Under the pieces are notes generated by a model, which saw only the letters and a program-made list of their open reading frames with translations, searched no databases and was not told the DNA's origin. Of a stretch of 64,000 nt of DNA, positions 59,940 through 64,000 are shown one piece after another. A program made the position numbers and the translations under genes. Source of the stretch: Eutreptiella sp. 'Long Island Sound 2002' (Eukaryota; Protista; Euglenida); the NCBI GenBank assembly GCA_964036045.1, contig OZ038378.1:120280001-120344000 (forward strand). The letters run 5' to 3'. Position 1 is the first letter of the stretch; each line of letters starts with the position of its first letter.

Positions 59940-62900
59940 ATGTTATCACTGAGCTACGTCAAGCAAAAACTAGGTCTCAACAACCTCGTCATCCAGAACA
60001 CAGCTGCCTATGTTTCTGAGATCCACCAGTCCGCGTACTACAACCTCGCATATACACACACTGGATGTCACGACACAAACACCAGATCCCGGGCTAATAT
60101 CCTGTCACACATGAAATGTCAGGTAGATGAGGACGAAGTAATCGATTCTCGACTCACTAATAACTACAGCGGTCGTCCACACCACACTGTGCGGCTACCT
60201 GCGTCAATCCCCACATCAGATTACCAGAGTATACTAGGGTGGATTGCACGTAGAGTGTGTCACACGGTTCAGGGGACCTCCCTGTGGTTTGCGCCTCACT
60301 CCTGGTTCACGGCATGTCAGGTGTGTGTTAACTCAGCATACAAAGTACCCCCCACTGTTAACTCCTCTCCGGTGGGAATCGCCCAATGGGAGGACGTGCG
60401 CCATACGTCGCTCCAGTTCCTCCACAATCCGCCGGACCCCATCACACAAATCTGGTTCTGGGTTCACAGTGACAACGTGCAGGCATTCCAGGCGGTTTGC
60501 CCTACTCACCTGCTGGTTGCCTCATGTCACGGGCACTCCCTGTACGCCCCCTCGAACGCCATGTCACAGCTCAGCATGATACACATTCAGCGCTTGCACT
60601 ACCTCTTCGTTCATGAAGGCAAGTCACATTTCCCATACTCTGCCCCCCCACACTCCCCCAACATTACACGCGCTCTTACACTGCAAATAAGTGAGGCTTT
60701 ACAACGCAAACATATTGGCAATTGGGCCCAGCTGTTACAGGAACGCACCCGTTTTTTGCCATTTGACTCACACCCCGTGTTACGTATGACGAGACGCCTC
60801 AGCCACGTGCATCACTGGCGCCTCCTTGTTACCCCCCCCCACAATCTGCTGTATGTCATCTACCACCTGTACCTCCATGTTGCCTACATCGGGATCACTA
60901 CTATGGCGCTTGTTAGTCGCCTCAGGAAGCACATGACAGACGCATTGTCCAACCAGGATTGTAGCAGCTTGCACAGTAAAATGTGTGTTACCGACCTAAG
61001 CCACTGGGGCATCCTACCCCTCCAGTTCGTCGACGACGACTTGCTGGCAAGCATTAGGGAAAGGCACTGGTGGTTCACCTACCGGAAATATGCCATTAAT
61101 GACATTGCACCTGGCATCTGCGCCGACGGGACAGGGCGAAACACAGGATGGCTCAACCAGAAGGTCCTCGCCCTCCTGCAAGGAATCCGCGACGCGCGTG
61201 CCATTGACGACTTTGGCCGGGCCAAATTTTTGCAGGGACAGCTCAGAGAACTGGCTGGTGAGTTGTCAATCCCCCTCCACACATTGGGCCAGATTGTAGT
61301 ACCAAATTGCACCGATGACCAAAAAACACTCCCCCACTCAGTGATTCGTCGCATGATCTCCTCCTCCCCCTTGACAGCCTAGGAAAAACAAGCCTTCCAC
61401 AAATCGGTCCGCGTAGTCCGGTCCACCCCATACACGGTCCAGCGGTTAATTTAGAAGCCAGCCAAGCAGTTTGATGCCTCCCCTTCACGGCCTAAATGCG
61501 CATGCCACAGGATTGCACACCTTGCCACTCATATGCCTGACGGCCATTGTGCCGTCATTCCAGTGCAGTTTTCACTACCAAGCGGGTCGCCTGTTCGTCC
61601 CAAAGACCCCCTTCCCATCCCAGGGCATGAGGCGCGAGCCGCGGCCATTAAATGTCTGGAGGCCTTTGGTAAACAGGTCCAGTCCACTGTGGCTGACGTA
61701 CCCCAGCTAATACCCGCCCATCACTTTGCGGAGCCGGGCAGGGACCTCCAGTTTGTCCGGGAACAAGTCCTGACCCTCTCACAGTCCCTGTATATTCGCA
61801 TCGTTGACAAAGGCGTCGGGCAGGTCTGGGGATTTTGCAAGTGGTGGGTCTGGGGAGTCTTGGAGTCATTCGTTCGGGCAGAGGGGTATGTTACGTCGTC
61901 CGCCTCCCCCTCCGACGTCAAGAGTAAAATCCTGAAGTTAGTGGAACAGAATGGTTGGGACGGAAACCCGCAAGGCATGTTGTGCACCATGTACCTCCTG
62001 GGTAAGGCCAAAAGCCTCACTAAAGCCCAATGGCTGTGGCGAGGCATCTGTGCAATTCCACGACCCTTAATCAACAAGAAGTCCCTCCGAATCGCTGCGC
62101 GCGCGATGACACGGTTTTTGCGATACATCACAGAGGAAGTGGCTGGTAACTTCCTGGTTCACAGAGTGACAGACGTCAGCGCATGGTTTACATTTTTGGA
62201 CTCGATAGGAGCGCGCTACATCACGGACCTCGATTGCAAGGATCAATTTAACAAAATCCAGCCCACTCAGGTGGTCCAGCACCTGAAACAAGCTTCGCAA
62301 TGGCTCACCCACCGCCGCTGCTGGCACGCAGATGAGTTGATCTGGAGTGTACATAAAGAGCATCGGCGCTTGGACAGGGCAGGGAAAGGGGACTCTGGAA
62401 AGTTCTGGTACCTCGCTCATGAAGATCTGGTAAATCTGGTTACCTTTGACCTCACAGAAAACATCCACGTCTGGGCAGGGGGGGAGCTGCGTCACCGGTT
62501 ACGGTGCATCCCCATGGGGGGCTCTTTTTCAGCGCAGAGCGCCGACCTCCACAGCGCATGGGGTGTCTTTCAGGGGCGACACCTGTTCCGGAAGCTAGGT
62601 AAACTCCACATCTCAGAGAGTGGTTTCGTCTACTGGATCAATGAACTTGGAATTGTGAGTGTGTGCCAATTTCGCGACAACATCCTCGTCGCATCCACAT
62701 ACCCCGATTCCCCCAGAACACAACTCATTCACCAAATTTGTGGTATCCTGCACGAATGCTGGGGCCTGCGTGTTGTCTGTGATTGTGGCGATGTGTGCCA
62801 GGGGTCATGCCTCAAACAGAGCACCACAACAATGGGCTACGGCTTGCATAGGGGAACCGATGGCAAGGGACTGGCGCACTTACACCCTTCGTCTGTCAGT

Positions 62901-63422
62901 GACATTTGGACCCCCAAGTTGCCCCCCCCCCTCTGCACGCCTGGCTCACAGCCCAAAAACTACCTCAAATCCATTTTCACTAGTGTTCTCACCTCCAGCG
63001 TGCCATGGTGCGCAACCTGGGCAAGGCAACTCCTCTCCGTCATGTCGTGGGCGCAAGTGGCAGTTTTGGCAGGGTACTGCCGGAAACACACTGCCCGCAG
63101 CATGCATAGCGCAGTCCAACGGGCCTGCGGGGACACAGTCCACGACAGTACCCTCACAGCGGCATACATCCACCACACCATGCCACTGCTGCCTATGCCA
63201 CGCTGCTGCCACATAGACAGGGTCACTCGGTACATCGAAAAGCACGCAGTCTGGAAGGGGGCAGCCTATTCCACATGGAGTATCCCAGGGAACGCCTCCC
63301 CCAACGGCATTACAAGAGTGTGGTGCCACGACCTACCAACACTACGAGAAGTGTATCACGTAGCGCGCACTCACTCAGTGCCGGCAGCCCTGTGTGTGTG
63401 TGGCAGGACAGTTACGTCCTGA
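59940..63422 (+). mobile_element. Penelope-like retroelement with GIY-YIG endonuclease N-terminal to RT; one frame interrupted by two TAG stops
   Basis: GIY-YIG domain LLYVIY..AYIGIT..SRLRKH..RERHW..AIND (~60846-61105). In-frame TAG at 61380 and 61452. CACH..DGHC linker, PLE-type DKG motif (61806), RT motifs DLDCKDQF, IPMGGSFS and QFRDNI. Element ends were not defined. Confidence 0.85.
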
Positions 63423-64000
63423 TCCTCCTACCCCAAGGCTGCCCCCCCCCCCCCCTCCCCAAATACAGCCTGGGCCGAGAGTAGTAGTATTCGTCTGACG
63501 GGTTGAGTACTTCTGACTCCTGCCCCCTCCTTTTGTGGCAAGGCACAGGGTGGGGTAAGCAGGGGTGATTTGTCTTTGTCCTCAGGGGTGGACAGATGCT
63601 GCAGAGCTCTGGACCGCCCCATCGGCTTCGGCATTGCTTACCCTCGCAGCTCTCTGCTCCTGTGACTTGCAGAAAGGCGCCTAGCCTCCATGACTTGCAT
63701 GTTCTTCATCACTTCAATGTTGGCCTGACGAGGAGTCTTCACGTCCACTGCCCGCCTGCTGCCCGCCATCCGCAGGGGTTTACGTGTGGGCGTTGGCGTG
63801 TTCGCATAGTGTGTGTGTCGGGTGCATGTCATGCCGTACAACTGCAAGGGCACAGTGTGCTCTGGAGGCGTTGAGCGCAGCTAGGGGAGGGCAGGGGCGT
63901 TGATGTCCGGTGCCCACGCTGCGCGGTGCCTGTGTAAGTGCAGCTGCTGCCGCAGCCGCAGCCGGAGCAGCAGCCGTCAAAAGGCAAGAATTCAGACTCT

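Noticed and set aside
59641-63403. TGTGTGTGTGTGG on both sides of the PLE as a TSD
   Set aside because: The sequence is low complexity, and the second copy lies inside the RT frame before its stop, leaving no 3-prime end. This cannot be supported from one copy.
63596-63874. Candidate Nup43 exon 2 (VHCPPAARHPQG resembles LHCVDRHPNQ)
   Set aside because: The similarity is too short and the splice phase cannot be established without transcripts.
63420-64000. Hammerhead or pLTR at the PLE 3-prime end (CTGACGA at ~63725)
   Set aside because: No GAAA follows a stem II, and I found no repeat of this region upstream of the element.

Overview
This is repeat-rich, gene-poor nuclear DNA from a eukaryote, most likely a euglenid. 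The evidence is an exact copy of the 26-nt Euglena-type spliced-leader exon at 57904-57929 and interstitial (CCCTAA)n tracts. Host coding sequence is limited to an EF-hand exon (1115-1242) and the first exon of a Nup43-like WD40 gene (58924-59517). The rest is nested mobile DNA and repeats: (1) a near-complete 5.26-kb tyrosine-recombinase retrotransposon with gag-YR-RT/RNaseH order and A...B-A-B split direct repeats, inserted without a target duplication into a ~100-bp satellite; (2) a Penelope-like element with GIY-YIG endonuclease upstream of RT; (3) a 3.78-kb TIR transposon with an Academ/DUF6589-like transposase and a 5-bp TSD; (4) decayed Transib/RAG1-like, P-element-like and Harbinger/IS5-like transposase genes; (5) a MITE with perfect 25-bp TIRs; (6) a ~1.15-kb tandem unit whose junctions hold telomeric repeats inside a 13-bp hairpin; (7) tRNA-derived repeats and a 144-bp triplication. 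All family assignments come from manual motif recognition without database searches. Boundaries of decayed elements and satellite arrays are approximate.
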